From Stegostoma tigrinum (lineage: Eukaryota), in NCBI RefSeq assembly GCF_030684315.1, contig NC_081362.1, positions 47,829,744-47,893,743 of the forward strand: DNA of 64,000 bases, in the 5' to 3' direction. Made by a program: the position numbers and the translations under genes. Numbering within the stretch: the stretch's first letter is position 1; each line of letters opens with the position of its first letter. The notes beneath the pieces were generated by a model. The model was not told the origin of the DNA and ran no database searches. It was given only the letters and a program-made list of their open reading frames with translations. Shown here piece after piece: positions 48,000-61,943 of the stretch.

Positions 48000-50900
48000 A
48001 ACCTATCATAAATATCATGATAAACAGACATTTGATTAAAAACAATCTTATTGAGTATAGTCAGCATGGATATGCAAATGAAAATAATCATTGGAAGGAT
48101 GTTGGAGGATATTACTAACAAAATTAATAACGTGGAGTCAATGGATGTAATATTTTGTATTTTTAGTTTTTCAATATGGACCCTACAGGAAGTTGTTTGG
48201 CAAAATTAAAGCATATGGCATAAGAGGCAATGTACTGGCATGTATTAAGTACTAACAAACAGACAGAAAACAGGAGGAATAAACAGATCTTGCAAATCTC
48301 CTCTAGTCCCCTTCAATGTTAGTACATCCTTCCTTAGATATGAGGCCCAAAACTCCTGACAATATTTCAAATGCAGTCTCACAATCTCAGCAATCCATCT
48401 CCGCTCTTGTATTCAAGTCTTCTTTAAATGAATGCATTTGTCTTCCTAACTGCCAATTGAGCCTGCACATTAATCTTTCGAGAAACTTGAATCAGGACTT
48501 GCAAATCCCTTCATTCTCAAGATTTCCAAAGTCCTTCCCCATTTAGAAAATAGTCTACACCTCTAGTCTTCCGACCAAAGCACATAACCTCACTGTCCCA
48601 CAATGTATTCCATCTGCCACTTCTTTGGCCACTCTCCTGTCTGGTCCAAGGTCTTCGGCAGCCTTCCTGCTTCCTTAACACTACCTGACCCTTCACCTAC
48701 CTTTGTGAAATCTGCAAACCAAGCAACAATACCCTTAGTTCCTTGGTCCAGATGTCTAACGTGAATAGCTGTGATCCCAACAGTGACCCCTGCGGAACTC
48801 CGGTAATCACCGGCTGCCATCCTGAAATAGACCCCTTTATTCACACACTCTGCCTCCTACCAGTCACTCAATCCCCTAACCATGCTTGTACTTTGCCCGT
48901 AACACCATGGGTTCTTACCTCATTTAACAGTCTTCTGTGCTGCACCTTGTCATCGGGCTTCTGGAAATCCAAATAGATAACATCCACTGGCTCTCATTTG
49001 TCTAATTTGTTCACTACCTCCTCAAAGAATTCTAACAGATTCATCAGGCATGACTGTCCCTTGGTGAAACTATGCTTAGCCCTGCTTTACAATGCACTTC
49101 CAAGTAGTCTGCAACTGTATCCTTAACAATGGGCTCCAAAATCTTACCAACAACCAAGGTCAGGCTAACTGGTCAATAATTTCCTGCATTCTGCCTCCCT
49201 CCCTTTTAAAACAGAGTTGTTACATCAGGCACTTTCCTGTCCTCTGGGACCCTCCCTGACTCCAGTCATTCCTGGAAGATCATCACCAATGCCTCCACAA
49301 TTTCTTCAGTTTTTCCTTCAGTGCCCAGGGGTGCAGCCCATCCAGTCTGCATGATTTATCTATCTTCAAACTTGTAAGCTTTCCCAGCACCTTCTCTTTA
49401 GTGATGGCCACTACACTCACCCTGACTCTCTAAGTCCTGGTATACTACTAGTATCTTCCACCGTGAGGTCTGATGCAAAGTACCTGTTCAGTTTCTCCGC
49501 CATTTCTTTGTTCTCCTTTATTACCTTGCTATCCTTATTTTCCAGCTGTCCACACTTGTCTCTTACCTTTTATACATCTAAAAAAAACACTTGCAATCTT
49601 CTTTTAGATTACTAGCTACCTTACCCTCATATTTTACCCTCTCTCTCTCTCTCATTGTTTTTTTTAATGTTGTCCTCTGCAATTTTTTTTAAAAGGCTTC
49701 CCAATTCTCTGGCTTCCTGCTGATCTTCACCACATCGTATGCTTTTCCTTTTGCTTTTATGCTGTCCATAACTTCCCTTGTCAGCTATGGTTGCTTTGTC
49801 CTCCCTTTAGTATGCCTCTGGTCCCCTCAATTAAGGCATTGATATACATTATAAAGTGTTGAGGGTTGAGCACAAATCCCTGAGAAATCCTACATGTCAC
49901 ATCTTGCTAATCTGAATAAGACCCATTTATGATTACTCTGTTTTCTGCCAGCTAGCCAGCCTTCTATTTATGCTAGCATATATTACTCTCTATACCATTA
50001 GCACCTACTTTGTTCAATAAACTTTTATGTAGAATGTTGTCAAAGACCTTTTAGATATCCAAGTACAGTACATCAACAAGCTTCCCTTTATCCACATCAC
50101 ACGTCACTCCTTCAAAGACTTGCAATAAATTGGTTAAACATAATTTTCTTCCATGAAACTTTGCTGACTATTCCCAATTATCTTGTTTTTCTCCAACTGC
50201 CCAGGTTTAATGCCCTTAATGATTGATTCTTAAAAACTTCTCAACAATTGGCAAGATAATAGCCAACAGTATCCTGTTTTCTGCATCCCTCCCTTCTTTA
50301 ATGAAGGGGTTATGTTTGCTACATTTCAGTCTAATGGAAGGCTACTGAATACAGCAAACTTTAGAAACTTAACACCAATACATCTACCATCTCATTAGCC
50401 ACTTCTTCTATGACCTTAAAAGGAGGTCTATCAGATGCTGGAGACTTATTAAGCCATGGTTCCATCATTTTGCTGAATATCACTTTCTTAGTGATTTTAA
50501 TTTCATCAAGTTCATATCTTTCTTTAATCTCCTGATTTACAAGCCTTTTTTTTGGATTCTTGGGCATCTTGTTACAGAAGATACAGCAAAATATTTATTC
50601 TTTACATTTCTTTATTAACATTTTTTCTTACATTTCTTCCCCTCATGCTCCAATTTATTTGCCCCGGTTAACCTTAAAACCACTTTTGGCTATTCTTTGT
50701 ATTCTAACTCTTGACATCCCCTTTTGGATTACTTATGAACTTGTCATAACATGTCCTTACATTTATTTTTGTATCATCAGCAAATATTGACGCATCACAC
50801 TCTGTCCCTTTCTCCAAGATAGAACATAGAACATAGAACATAGAACAGTACAGCACAGAACAGGCCCTTCAGCCCACAATGTTGTGCCGACCATTGATCC

Positions 50901-52345
50901 TCATGTATGCACCCTCAAATTTCTGTGACCATATACATGTCCAGCAGTCTCTTAAATGACCCCAATGACCTTGCTTCCACAACTGCTGCTGGCAACGCAT
51001 TCCATGCTCTCACAACTCTCTGTGTAAAGAACCTGCCTCTGACATCCCCTCTATACTTTCCACCAACCAGCTTAAAACTATGACCCCTCGTGCTAGCCAT
51101 TTCTGCCCTCGGAAATAGTCTCTGGCTATCAACTCTATCTATGCCTCTCATTATCTTGTATACCTCAATCTGCACACCAAGATCCCTCTGTTCCTCCACG
51201 CTGCCAAGAATCCTATCCTTAATCCTGTACTCAGCTTTCAAATTCGACCTTCCAAAATGCATCACCTCGCATTTATCCAGGTTGAACTCCATCTGCCAAT
51301 GTTAATATAAATCATAAAATATTTGAGGCCTGAGGGCTGATCCTTGTGGTATTGCATTATTTACTTCTTTCTAACCTGAAAGATGCATTAATCCCATTAA
51401 GACCCATTAATGTGTCTTTATGTGTGTTAACCATTCCTCAGTCCTTGTTAATGCATTATCCCCAATACTGTGAATTCCTATGTAGTTCAGTTAACATTTA
51501 AGTGACATCTTGTCAAATAACTTCTGCAAATTCAAGTGTACCTGATGGACTGGTTTCACTTTATCAACTGTTTGGTATATCCTCAAAAAACTCTAGCAAA
51601 TTTGTCAAACACTACTTCCATTTCAGAAGGCCAGCATTTTCCAACAACTGACATTAGGCTAACTGGGCTGTAGTTTCCTGCTTTCTTCTCCCTCACTTCT
51701 TGAATAGGGGCATCATTTAAATAGTTCGCTGGAATGTGGTGAGTTCTGTATTACTTCAGCCAAATACTTCGCAACCACTTCCAATACAAAATTGGATACA
51801 AGTCATCAGGTCCTGGGGATTTGTCTGCCTTTAGTCCTATTAGTTTGACAAATGCATTGTGATAGAGACTGTTACAAGATTCTTATTCTCATCAGCAAAG
51901 TGCTTATCTGATAACTTCGGGATGTACCGGCATAAATTATTGGCTTAAAATTACCTTTGGAACAATATACCAACCTTAGGATGAATTTAATGATTCCTGG
52001 AATGAAGAGATTTTGTTATGAGGCCATATTTGCATGGGCTAATCTATTAGAAAGGAGAGTGGAATTTTTTGAAATAAACATTGAAGGTGACTACCCTGGT
52101 TGGAGAGTCGAGGATTAGTGGCCAGTCAAAACTGCACTAAGGAAACACATTCTCATCAAAAGGATAGTGGATTCTTGGGAATTTTCAAACTTTAAAAATA
52201 TGCGTGCTCAGCATGAGTATATTTAATTCAGCAATCAAAGAATATGGATGAGGATAGTGTGTGAAGGTGTGGCTGGAAGTAAAAAAAAATCAATTGTAAT
52301 CTTACAGAATGGTAGAACAGATTTCAGGGTCCAACTGGCCTATTC
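48000..52345 (-). mobile_element. Stack of nested CR1/HER1 LINE fragments, mostly minus strand
   Basis: Multiple RT remnants (e.g. GIVAWFADFTKVG, NKSPASD.P..KVIEEVANEMVD), with + strand pieces at ~48000-48290 and ~51960-52345. Confidence 0.75.
50818..51297 (-). mobile_element. Young HER1/CR1 3' end with an internal in-frame deletion
   Basis: (catagaa)n tail. The ORF joins EEQRDLGVQ directly to IEVYKIMRGIDRVDSQRLF. Confidence 0.88.
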
Positions 52346-52624
52346 CAATTCTTACTTTCAATGTAAGGAGTATACTTTCTGCCTTCATTTTCAAAGCTGA
52401 AGACCACAGTTTGTATCTGAACAATTGCTGCTGTATGACTAGATTTCTAGGCAATTACAACTTCCAAAAATCCCTGTGTTTTTCTGAGTCCACATCTCAC
52501 ACTACTTTAAAACTTGCCTGTATACCTATATTTACCTTCAGTCATTAATTTAATGGCACTATCAACTTTAGACTATATTAAAAGTCAATGGTAATTCCAA
52601 GATTGTTTTCAACAAATAATCAGC

Positions 52625-53864
52625 CATCTGCTTCCACTGTGCAACTGGATACTTTTTAAACACTTAAAGCAGAAGTAGCTACAAACGGAACATTAAACAT
52701 TTTCAGTTGCACCTTCAATTTGTTAATTATTATAATTAAAGTCACCATAACAGGTGCACATCATTCAAAATAAAATGTTCATAAATGATGAAGGAGACAT
52801 TAAAGATACTTTCCACGTGCTATATTCCTGTATTATCTGCTTCTACACAAACGCATTACCATCCGTCTCCTCTTGCAGGTTTCAAAAGTAGTATTATTCA
52901 GTCAGCAAGCTTTTTTTGTAATGGACCCTACTTCATCCTAAATATATGAAGGATCACTGAGATCAACATGAGAAGTAATTGTTTTGTATAGTGCCTCATT
53001 ACATACTTAGAATCTTACAAAAATAATAATGTGAAGTGTCTTTAATCAATCACTGCTCTTTCAAAACAAAAATATTCAAGGGCAGAGCATGAGCCAAAAG
53101 TGTTGATTCGATGACACATCTTGGCATCCTCCTGACAGATGCAAATCTTCAGCCAATTTTATTAACTCTATGTGACATGAAGAAAGAGGTGAACATCTGA
53201 ATACACAGCAGATACCCGTTCCAATAATATGTAGCAATGGAGACTTCTGATTAAGAAACATCTGAGTCATTTTGGAGCGCAAAGATGACACTTTCAACAG
53301 AAGAAATCCCTGTTGTTGGATGTTGCCTTTGACAAAAGGCACAGATTGAGAAGGTCACCCAAGTCCCTGCCACAAGAGCAGTAAGTAGCCATTAATTGGC
53401 AGTCCTCAACCTTTGCCATATCAGACATCAGCAGGTAGTGTCGAGAAGGGATTGTGCCCTCCAACCTAGTTCTGCCCACGTAGCGGTTCCGAAGAACAGT
53501 CATGTTGGACTCAAAACGTCATCTCTATCCCTCTGTTCTCACAAATGCTGGCAAATTTGCTGAGCTTCACCAGAACTTTTTTTGTACTTCAGGCTTTTGT
53601 TTGGAAATTGATATGTTCGGTCCCTCTCTTGAGCACAAGTACATTTGTGGAGTACATGTGTTGTGCAGCACGTGGAAAGTATCTTTGATTCTCTCCTTCA
53701 TCATTTATGAACATTTTATTTTGAATGATGTGCACCTGTTATGGTGACTTTTATTATAATAATTAACAAATTGAAGGTGCAATCGAAAATGTTTAATGTT
53801 CTGTTTGTAGCTACTTCCGCTTTAAGTGTTTAAAAAGTGTCCAGTTGCACAGTAGAAGCAGATG
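52625..53864. repeat. Inverted repeat with ~197-bp arms (52625-52821 and 53667-53864) and ~845-bp spacer
   Basis: Manual alignment of the left arm with the reverse complement of the right arm shows about 10 differences (~95% identity). Confidence 0.92.
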
Positions 53865-53889
53865 ATCGATTGTTACTGCTCCTCCTGCT

Positions 53890-54370
53890 GTTATTTGCTT
53901 AACTGGCAACTACCATTCACAAGTGAATGTGGTAGGGCTGCAGAGCTTTCATCTGATCCAGTGGTTATGGGAATATTTAGCTCTGTCTATTGTGTGCTTC
54001 TTCTCTTGTTTCAAATGCAATTGGTCCAATGTTATAGCTTCACCAGGTTTTTCACTTTTAGGTATACCAGGTGCCACTCCTGCCATATCCTCCAGCCCTC
54101 ACAGAATGAGGGTTGATCTCTGACGTGATGGTAATTGTGAAGTGGTGGCATATCAGTTCATGAGGTTGTAGATTGGCGTTGAATACAATTCCACTGCTGC
54201 TGGCTGCCCATTTTGAGGTGCGAAATATGTTTGAGATCTATCCCATTCAGCACGATGCAGTTCAATACGACACAATGGAGGGTTTTCTCAATATGTAAAT
54301 GGAACGTAGATTCCATAGAAACTTTGTGGTAGTTCTTTCTACAGCACAATCCTGGATAAATGCATCTATG
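53890..54370 (-). mobile_element. Decayed CR1-type LINE fragment
   Basis: Homologous to 33900-34380. Confidence 0.6.
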
Positions 54371-54761
54371 ACAGAAAAGAACAGACCAAACAAGCTTTGT
54401 TTGAGAGACCAAGCCTGGAGGTGAATTGCAGGCTGAACCTTGATTTAAAAAGTTCTAACAGATGGTGGGACCCCAGGAAGTGCTTTGTGTTTAAACAGAT
54501 AGCAGAAGTTAGTTATTAATGAGGTCAGTACTTGGGGAAATGGTTCCAGCATGACTAGAAGAGATCCTATGTTCAAGCAGATGGCAGTAGTTGAATGGTA
54601 ATTGAAGTATCAAGAAAAATCTAGCCAAGTGGAACTAGAATTAAAGTTATTCTTTTGAACTATATTTTCTGAGAGATGGCTCTGGAATGCTGCTGAGACA
54701 GCATGAAGATTTGAAAGCTTCCTACCAAATCTGATACAGCAACTTCCAGACCCCAAACATT

Positions 54762-55292
54762 ACATAGAACATAAAACACTACAGCGCAGTATAGGCCTTT
54801 GGCCCTCGATTTTGCGCTGACCTGTGAAACCAAACTGAAGCCCATCTCACCTACACAATTCCATTATTATCCATATGTTTACCCAATGACCATTTAAATG
54901 CCCTTAAACTTGGTGAGTCTACTACTGTTGCAGGCAGGGCATTCCACACCCTTACTACTCTCTGAGTAAAGAACCTACCTCTGACAGGTGTCCTATATCT
55001 ATCACCCTTCAATTTAAAGCTATGTCCCCTCGTGCTAGCCATCTCCATCCGAGGAAAAAGGCTCTTACTGTCCACCCTATCTAATCCTCTGATCATCTTG
55101 TATGTCTCTATTAGGTCACCTCTTAACCTTCTCCTCTCTAATGAAAACAGCCTCAAGTCCCTCAGCCTTTCCTCATAAGACCTTCCCTCCATACCAGGCA
55201 ACATCCTGGTAAATCTCCTCTGCACCCTTTCCAATGCTTCCACATCCTTCCTATAATGCGGCAACCAGAACTGTGCGCGATACTCTAAGTGC
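54762..55292 (-). mobile_element. Young HER1/CR1 3' end
   Basis: Encodes [65 protein letters not shown]. Confidence 0.92.
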
Positions 55293-57504
55293 AGCACATT
55301 TGAATTAAAAGTTTTGCTGCCTTTACTTGGGTGAACTGAAGGTGATCCTGATCCACATTTCAAACAAAAATGCAGCAAATGAGTCCACATTCACATCAAT
55401 GAAGCAACACAATATGAAAGCCATTTAAGTAATCATGCCAATGTTGATATTTTATTTTATTTACTCCTTAACATTGTTTATTTGACAGCATGTCTTTTGT
55501 GTGAATGGAAGCTAAAGACAAATGTTTCCGGAAAAGCACAGACATTAATCAGCTTACTGTGTTATTTACTTTTTTCTACTAAAATTGTGTATTTAATAAA
55601 TAGTTCTATTTTAGATACAAAAATAGTATCTGGACATTAATCATTTTCAAAGTCTGGGACTGGTTATTCAAAAGTCTGGTTAGGAACTATCAGTGTGATA
55701 GCTTGGGGCGTTCGATGGTTTAATTTTACTGTGTTGCAGATACAGAGAATGAAAGACGGATTGGTTCGGCTGTCTATTTCCATGTTAAAATATGTTGACA
55801 ATCTGTTCACCATCGTAACTTGTAAGTTATACACTTGCTGCAGCTTTACTGTATTTGCATACATTTCTGTAGAATTGCTGCTGGACTATCACGAGATGAA
55901 ATGCTTGCATTTCTTTAGCTTACAGCTGGGGCTACGCAGATGTGGCTATATTTTCCTTGTTGCTGTGCTGTGAGACAAATTGTTGAAACTGGGTACAGTG
56001 CAACAAATCAGTGGTTAGTGCTGATGGTGAATTACTATCTTTTTAACTTAAACACTTAAGATGCCATTGAATGTGCCAAAGGTGGGAAATAAAATGATGT
56101 CTTGCAGGCCTTGCTCACATATTGCATCTCTTCCTGAAAGCAAAATGGCACATTCCAATAATAATTTGGCAGAGGAAAGCTTTGAAAAATACTTAAAACA
56201 CTCCTACCAGTCCAGTTCACACCCAGGTCAAGAACCACTAGTGCATTTGACTTCAGTTGCATCAATATTAAAATGCTTCTAATGTTTTTAATGCTTAATG
56301 TTTTTAACCATTAAGTCTAGATTAAATCAGGTACCTTTCTTTTATTCAAACTAGTGAGTCTGTGTCACTGAAGCACATTAACTAGAAACGTCAATCAATT
56401 GCAGTCTTATCGAATAGATTCTGGTAGATACATTACAACTCTATCTCAGACATTCGCATAGTTTGGGTTCAAGATAGTTCACTGTTTTTTCTGAAGGATT
56501 ACAAAGTACAGCAGTAGCTATTCAAAGTGGACTTGATGCCTTCGTACAAGAATAATCACAAGGCATGATGTCATACTGATGTCATCAGTTAACTCTTTTA
56601 AAGGTGAATGCTTGCTTGGACATAGACAAATGTAATATCACAACACTTACCACTTTAATTTTGCATGGCTGTCTGTTTTTTGGCAAGTAGAATTCCAGCC
56701 CTTTAAGGGTATTAACTAGTTTTGTATCATGTTGAGTTCATTTCTGAACACCTCCCACAAATATTTTCTCAATTATTTTCAGTATATGCGATAAATTTTA
56801 ACGTTACAGATTTTGTGATGCTGAAAATGGAGTATTTTCACAGCTGTATCTGAGGAGGGAAAAAAATACACTGTTGTGAGGGACAGGCAGCTCCTATTCA
56901 GAGGAATGAGCAAAAAAGTAAAAGGAGGAAGCAAGCAATAGAAAGGAAACTAGGAATTAGACAGAGTAAGCAAGAAAAAGAGAAAGATTGAGCCGGACAA
57001 AGGAACAATTCCTTTTGCTGCCTCATATGGCTCTTTTAAACTCCCTACCAATCTCAAACTACTCTTCTTTGACCTGTCCATCATACGTCATAAACTGCAC
57101 TTTTGTGGTTTAACATTTTGTAAAGGTTTTGATATGCTTCTCTAGATTAAAAGCTGCTATCATCATGTGTACATTAATCCAGCTAGTTGAACATCAGTGA
57201 AGCCTGAAGCATTACAGCTATGCGAATGTACTACTCTAGGAAGCCTGAATCAAACAGTATATGTAAGTTTGTGATGTCAGTACACTTACAGGTCTGGTAA
57301 TTCATACTTAAGACTGCAACCTACTTCATGGCATGACTGTACTTACAGAATTCATGGAGAGCAAAAGTGCCTTGTCAGTGATGACAAGCTCATTTGCTTC
57401 ACGATAGCGCACATTATTTATATTGTCCATTATTGACTGGATCATTCCAGTTTGTGGCAGCCTAAATGGGGCATCTGCTAAGGGGTTGTGGTAGGAATGC
57501 AAGA

Positions 57505-59945
57505 TATGAACATTGAACACAGAACAGTACAGCACGGTACATGCCTTTCGGCCCAGAATGTTGTGCCGGCCTATTACCCTACTCTAAGATCAAACTACCC
57601 TGCATACTCTGCATTTTACTGTCATCCATATGCCTATCCAAGAGTCGCTTAAATATCCCTAATGTATCTGACTCCACTACCAATGCCGGCAGCACATTCG
57701 ACACGCCCACCACTCTCTGTGTAAAGAACCCACCTCTGACATATGTCCTATACATTTCCCCAATCACCCTAAAACTATGCCCCCTTGTAATATTCATTTC
57801 CGCCTTGGGAAAAAGTCTCTGCTTATCCACTCTATCAATGCCTCTCATTATCTTGTACACCTCTATCAAGTCACCTCTCATCCTTCTTCACTCCAATGAG
57901 AAAAGCCCTAGCTCCCTCAACCTTTCCTCATAAGACCTGCCCTCCAGTCCAGGCAGCAACCTGGTAAATCTCCTCTGCACCCTCTCTAAAGCTTCCACAT
58001 CTTTCCTATAATGAGGTGACCAGAACTGAACACAATATTCCAATTGTGGTCTAACCAAGTTTTATACAGCTGCAGCATAACCTTGCGGCTATTAAACTCA
58101 ATTCCCCTCAATGAAAACCAACACACCGTACACCTTCTTTATAACCCTATCAACTTGGGTAGCAAATCTGAATGATCTATGGACATGGACCTGAAGATCC
58201 CTCTGTGCTCCACACTGCCAAGAATGCTGCCCTTAACCCTGTATTCGGCATTCAAATTTGACCTTCCAAAATGAATCACTTCACACTTTTCCAGGTTCAA
58301 TTCTATCTGCCACTTCTTCGCCCAGCTCTGCATCTGACAACAGCCCTCCACACTATCCACACTCCTCCAATCTTTGTATCATCGGCCAACTTATAACCCA
58401 CCCTTCCACTTCCTCATCCAAGTCATTAAAAAGATCACAAAGAGCAGAGGTCCCAGAACAGTTCCCTGCGGAACACCACTGGTCTCCGAGCTCCAGGCTG
58501 TATGCTTTCCATCTACTGCCACCCTCTGAGTGCTATTGGACAGCCGGTTTTGTATCCAGACAAATTTCCCTGAATCCCATGTCTCCTTGCTTTCTGAATG
58601 AGCCTACCATAGGGAACCTTATCAAATGCCTTGCTAAAATCCATATACACCACATCTACTGCTCTGCCTTCATCAATGTGTTTTGTCACTTCCTCAAAGA
58701 ATTTAACAAGGCTTGTGAGGCATCACCTGTCCCCTCACAAAGCCATGCTGAGTATTTCTAATCAAACTGTGCTTTTCCAAATAATCCTAAATACTATATC
58801 TCAGAATCCTCTCCAATCATTTGCCCACCTCATAAGTAAGACTGTCCGGTCTGTAATTCCCAGGATTATCCCTATTCCCTTTCTTGAAGAAGGAAATGAC
58901 ATTTGCCATCCTCCAATCATCTGGTACTACACCAGTGGACAGTGAGCTTGCAAAGATCATTGCAAAGGTGCAACAATCTCTTCCCTCACTTCCTGTATCA
59001 ACCTTGGGTATATCCTGTCTGGCCCAGGGGACTTAGCTATCCTCATGTTTTTCAAAATTTCCAGCACATCTTCCTTCCTAATGTCTATCTGTTCAAGCAT
59101 ATCAGCCTGTTTCATGCTGTCCTCACAAATGTCACCAGTGAATACTGAAGCAAAGTATTCATTAAGGACCTCCCCTACCTCCTCCGACTCCACACACAAG
59201 TTCCCTCCACTATCCCTGATCGCCCCCTACCCTCACTCTGGCCATCCTCTTGTTCCTCACACAAGCATAGAATGCCTTGGGGTTTTTCTTGATCCTATCC
59301 ACCAAGGCGTTTTCAAATCCTCTTCTAGCTCTCCTAAGTCCATTCTTCAGTTCTTTTCTGGCTACCCTGTAGCCCTCTAGAGCCCTGTCTGATCCTTGCT
59401 TCCTCAACCTTAAGTAAACTTCCTTCTTACTCTTGAATAGATGTTCCACATGTCTTGTTGTCCAAGGTTCCTTCACCTTACCATCCCTTCCTTGTCTCAG
59501 TGGGACAAACCTATCCACTACATCTAGCAACTGCTCCCTAACCAACCTCTACATTTCTGTCATGCATTTCCCTTAGAACATCTGTTCCCAGTTTCTTGCC
59601 TAACTGTTGTAATTCCCCCACCCCAATTAAATACTTGCCCATACTGCCTGTTCATATCCCTCTCCATGACTACAGTAAAGGACAGGGAACTGTGATCACT
59701 ATCACCAAAACGCTCTCCCACCGAGAGATCTAAAACTTGGCCTAGCTCATTGCTAAGGATCAAATCCAAAATGGCCCCCCCTCTAGTTGGCCTATCTACA
59801 TATTGAATCAGAAATCCTTCCCAGACGCACCGACAAAAACTGCTCCATCCAAACTATTTGCACTAGGAGGTTCCAATCTATATTAGGGAAATTGAAGTCA
59901 GCCTTGACAACAACCCTATTACTTCTGCACCTTTCCAAAATGTGC
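57505..59945 (-). mobile_element. HER1/CR1 LINE, ~2.4 kb, truncated and internally deleted
   Basis: Endonuclease-end remnant LDLSVGERFGDSDH, then KSPGPDRIYPRLIQEVREEI and RGDLIEVYKIMRGIDRVD. Confidence 0.92.
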
Positions 59946-60640
59946 CTTCTAAACAATCATTTGCTTAGAAATGATATTGTTAAAGATCCATTATACTATT
60001 TCAAAAGAAGCTGATCAGGAAGCAAATCATAAATATTTATTCGATCAAGTTTGCAAGCAATTCAGAATCAAAAACACACTTGCAGCCACTATACTATTGA
60101 GCAAGTGACTGTTGTGTTGTATTATTACATTCCTTTTCACTATTGTACATTAAAATCAAAGACAATCACTCAGTTAAAATAAATTTCACAGTAGTAAGGA
60201 GAAATTTGTTACAAAGACTCTTCATACAGTAGAATGTCATTACAGTTTCCAGTTTATTTAATAGTACACATTATATGGGAAAGGAAGGGAATTTGGAGAA
60301 ACAAAATACAATTGTGAAAGAGACTAGGACTTCTATTCCTGATTACTATGCAAGGGGTCAGATTGAAAGCCAGGTCTGTGTACATGCCACTGTTAGTGTC
60401 AAGACTGTTGCCCTCTGCAGATGAATAACATTTAAGCATTCATTCTCTTCCAAATAATAAATGTATGCTTCAGTGAAAATTAGACTACTGTATGCCAAAT
60501 GAATAGTAAATGGTTTTCCAGAAATGAGAAAAGGGACCAAATTGACATACGTGAAGTAAAATAAATAACAGGTACACTTCTCTTCACTCTATTGTAAACT
60601 TAATCTAACTAAAAAAAGGTCTTGTGTAAATGAAACCTAC

Positions 60641-60785
60641 CTGCTAAAGCTTTGATGCGGGATCTTTCAAACAGCCTGGCAGAGCTGTTTTCATTATCCC
60701 ATTCTTCCACATCCCAACGATTGTTGACATCACTATATTGCTGTTGAATATCAATGTTGTCGTAGTCTGTTGCTATTGCTGTCAT
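60641..60785 (-). CDS. SPTBN1: Beta-II spectrin, canonical first coding exon (long N-terminus isoform)
   Basis: Manual translation of the minus strand gives [48 protein letters not shown] + 1 nt (145 nt), closely matching the known mammalian SPTBN1 N-terminus ([49 protein letters not shown]). It ends at a phase-1 donor GCAG|GTAGGT. Confidence 0.97.
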
Positions 60786-60826
60786 CTTAGCTGTCCCTCG
60801 TCATGAGCTGCCTTTCACAAAAAATT
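60786..60826 (-). other. SPTBN1: 5' UTR part of the SPTBN1 first coding exon, preceded by a splice acceptor
   Basis: Minus strand reads ctgttttgatttattttcAG|aattttttgtg...ctaagATG. The pyrimidine tract plus AG at 60828-60827 implies an upstream non-coding exon, probably right of the window. Confidence 0.8.
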
Positions 60827-61624
60827 CTGAAAATAAATCAAAACAGCACTTCAGAACACAAAGGATCATAAATAGTAAATGCACATCTGGAACTGCAGAT
60901 GTCAAATTTATGTCTTGCTCAAGGGCAGATCAGCACACAGATAGAATTGTCACAGACTATAGATGTAAACTGGACTAAAGAAAGGTGCATCAATGCAATG
61001 CAGCATAGGACTGGAATAAATTATCCAATTCCAAAATATTTTGCCTAAATTGTCACCAATGTGAAACAAAATACTACAGAAAAAAAATTTAAAATGCTAA
61101 AATTAATTTAAGATTTTCTTAAACTATGCAATATAAGGCCACACAATCACATTTTCAAAGCATCCACTGTCATAAATGTAAAAATATTATTTGTAATTAG
61201 GCTGTCTCTTGTATTACACATTTGCTCAAGTAGCAGGAATAATAAAAAAAGTATAATATTTAAATGGATAGAAATTGTGAAGTGTTGTGTACAGAGTGAC
61301 TGTGTCCTGTTACAAAAATCATAAAAGTTGGTATACAAGCACAATGAGTTATTAGGAAGGCAAATGGAATGAGACCATAAGAAATAACAACAAAATTAGG
61401 CTGTTCAGCCCCTCTAGTTTGCTCCTCCACTCAATAGGTTCATGGCTGATTTGACAACAGTTCTCACATCCACTTGCCTGCCCTTTCCCCATAACCCTCG
61501 ATTCCGCTACTGATCAATAATCTCTCCTTGTCTTAAATATATACAAGGACTCTGCCTCCACAGCTCTCTGTTGGCATTTATTACTAGGGAGTACAGCATA
61601 AAGGTACTGATGTGCTGCTGCAGC

Positions 61625-61822
61625 AAGTCACTATTGCCCTATAGCATTGCTCTCTCATTTAAGATAACTGATAGTGGTTTATCTTGAGGGTAACTATCCC
61701 TCATGCAAGGGGCAAGGATAAAATTCAAGGTAATTTCAGCTGGTGCAGGAACTGAACCCACTTTATCGACATCACTCTGCAATCACAAACCAGCCTTCCA
61801 GCCAGCTGAGCTAACCAACCAT
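61625..61822 (-). mobile_element. tRNA-derived SINE of a third family
   Basis: Reverse complement begins ggttggttagctcagctggctgg...gtgggttcagttcc (A/B-box-like). Confidence 0.6.
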
Positions 61823-61943
61823 TATGCAGTTGTAACAAGCCTTAGTTAGATCATATCTGGAGTACTGTGTAAAGATTTGGTCTCCTTGCTTAAGAAAAGA
61901 TATAACTGAATGAGATACTATTCAGCAAAGGTTCACTTAACTG

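Larger units (their letters stand above)
1..60640 (-). other. SPTBN1: Large SPTBN1 intron downstream of the canonical first coding exon (contains the alternative first exon)
   Basis: Begins at the GT donor at 60640. No CH-domain exon (DEREAVQKKTFTKW) was recognised in the window, so the intron continues past position 1. Confidence 0.85.

Noticed and set aside
51150-51185. In-frame internal deletion in HER1 as a spliced retrocopy
   Set aside because: The upstream junction could be donor-like, but related copies (e.g. ggtgacttg-atagag at ~57865-57880) show no AG before the downstream junction. A simple deletion or template jump is more likely.
54851-55390. 179-aa ORF as a host gene
   Set aside because: It is the C-terminus of CR1/HER1 ORF2 read through from flanking sequence.
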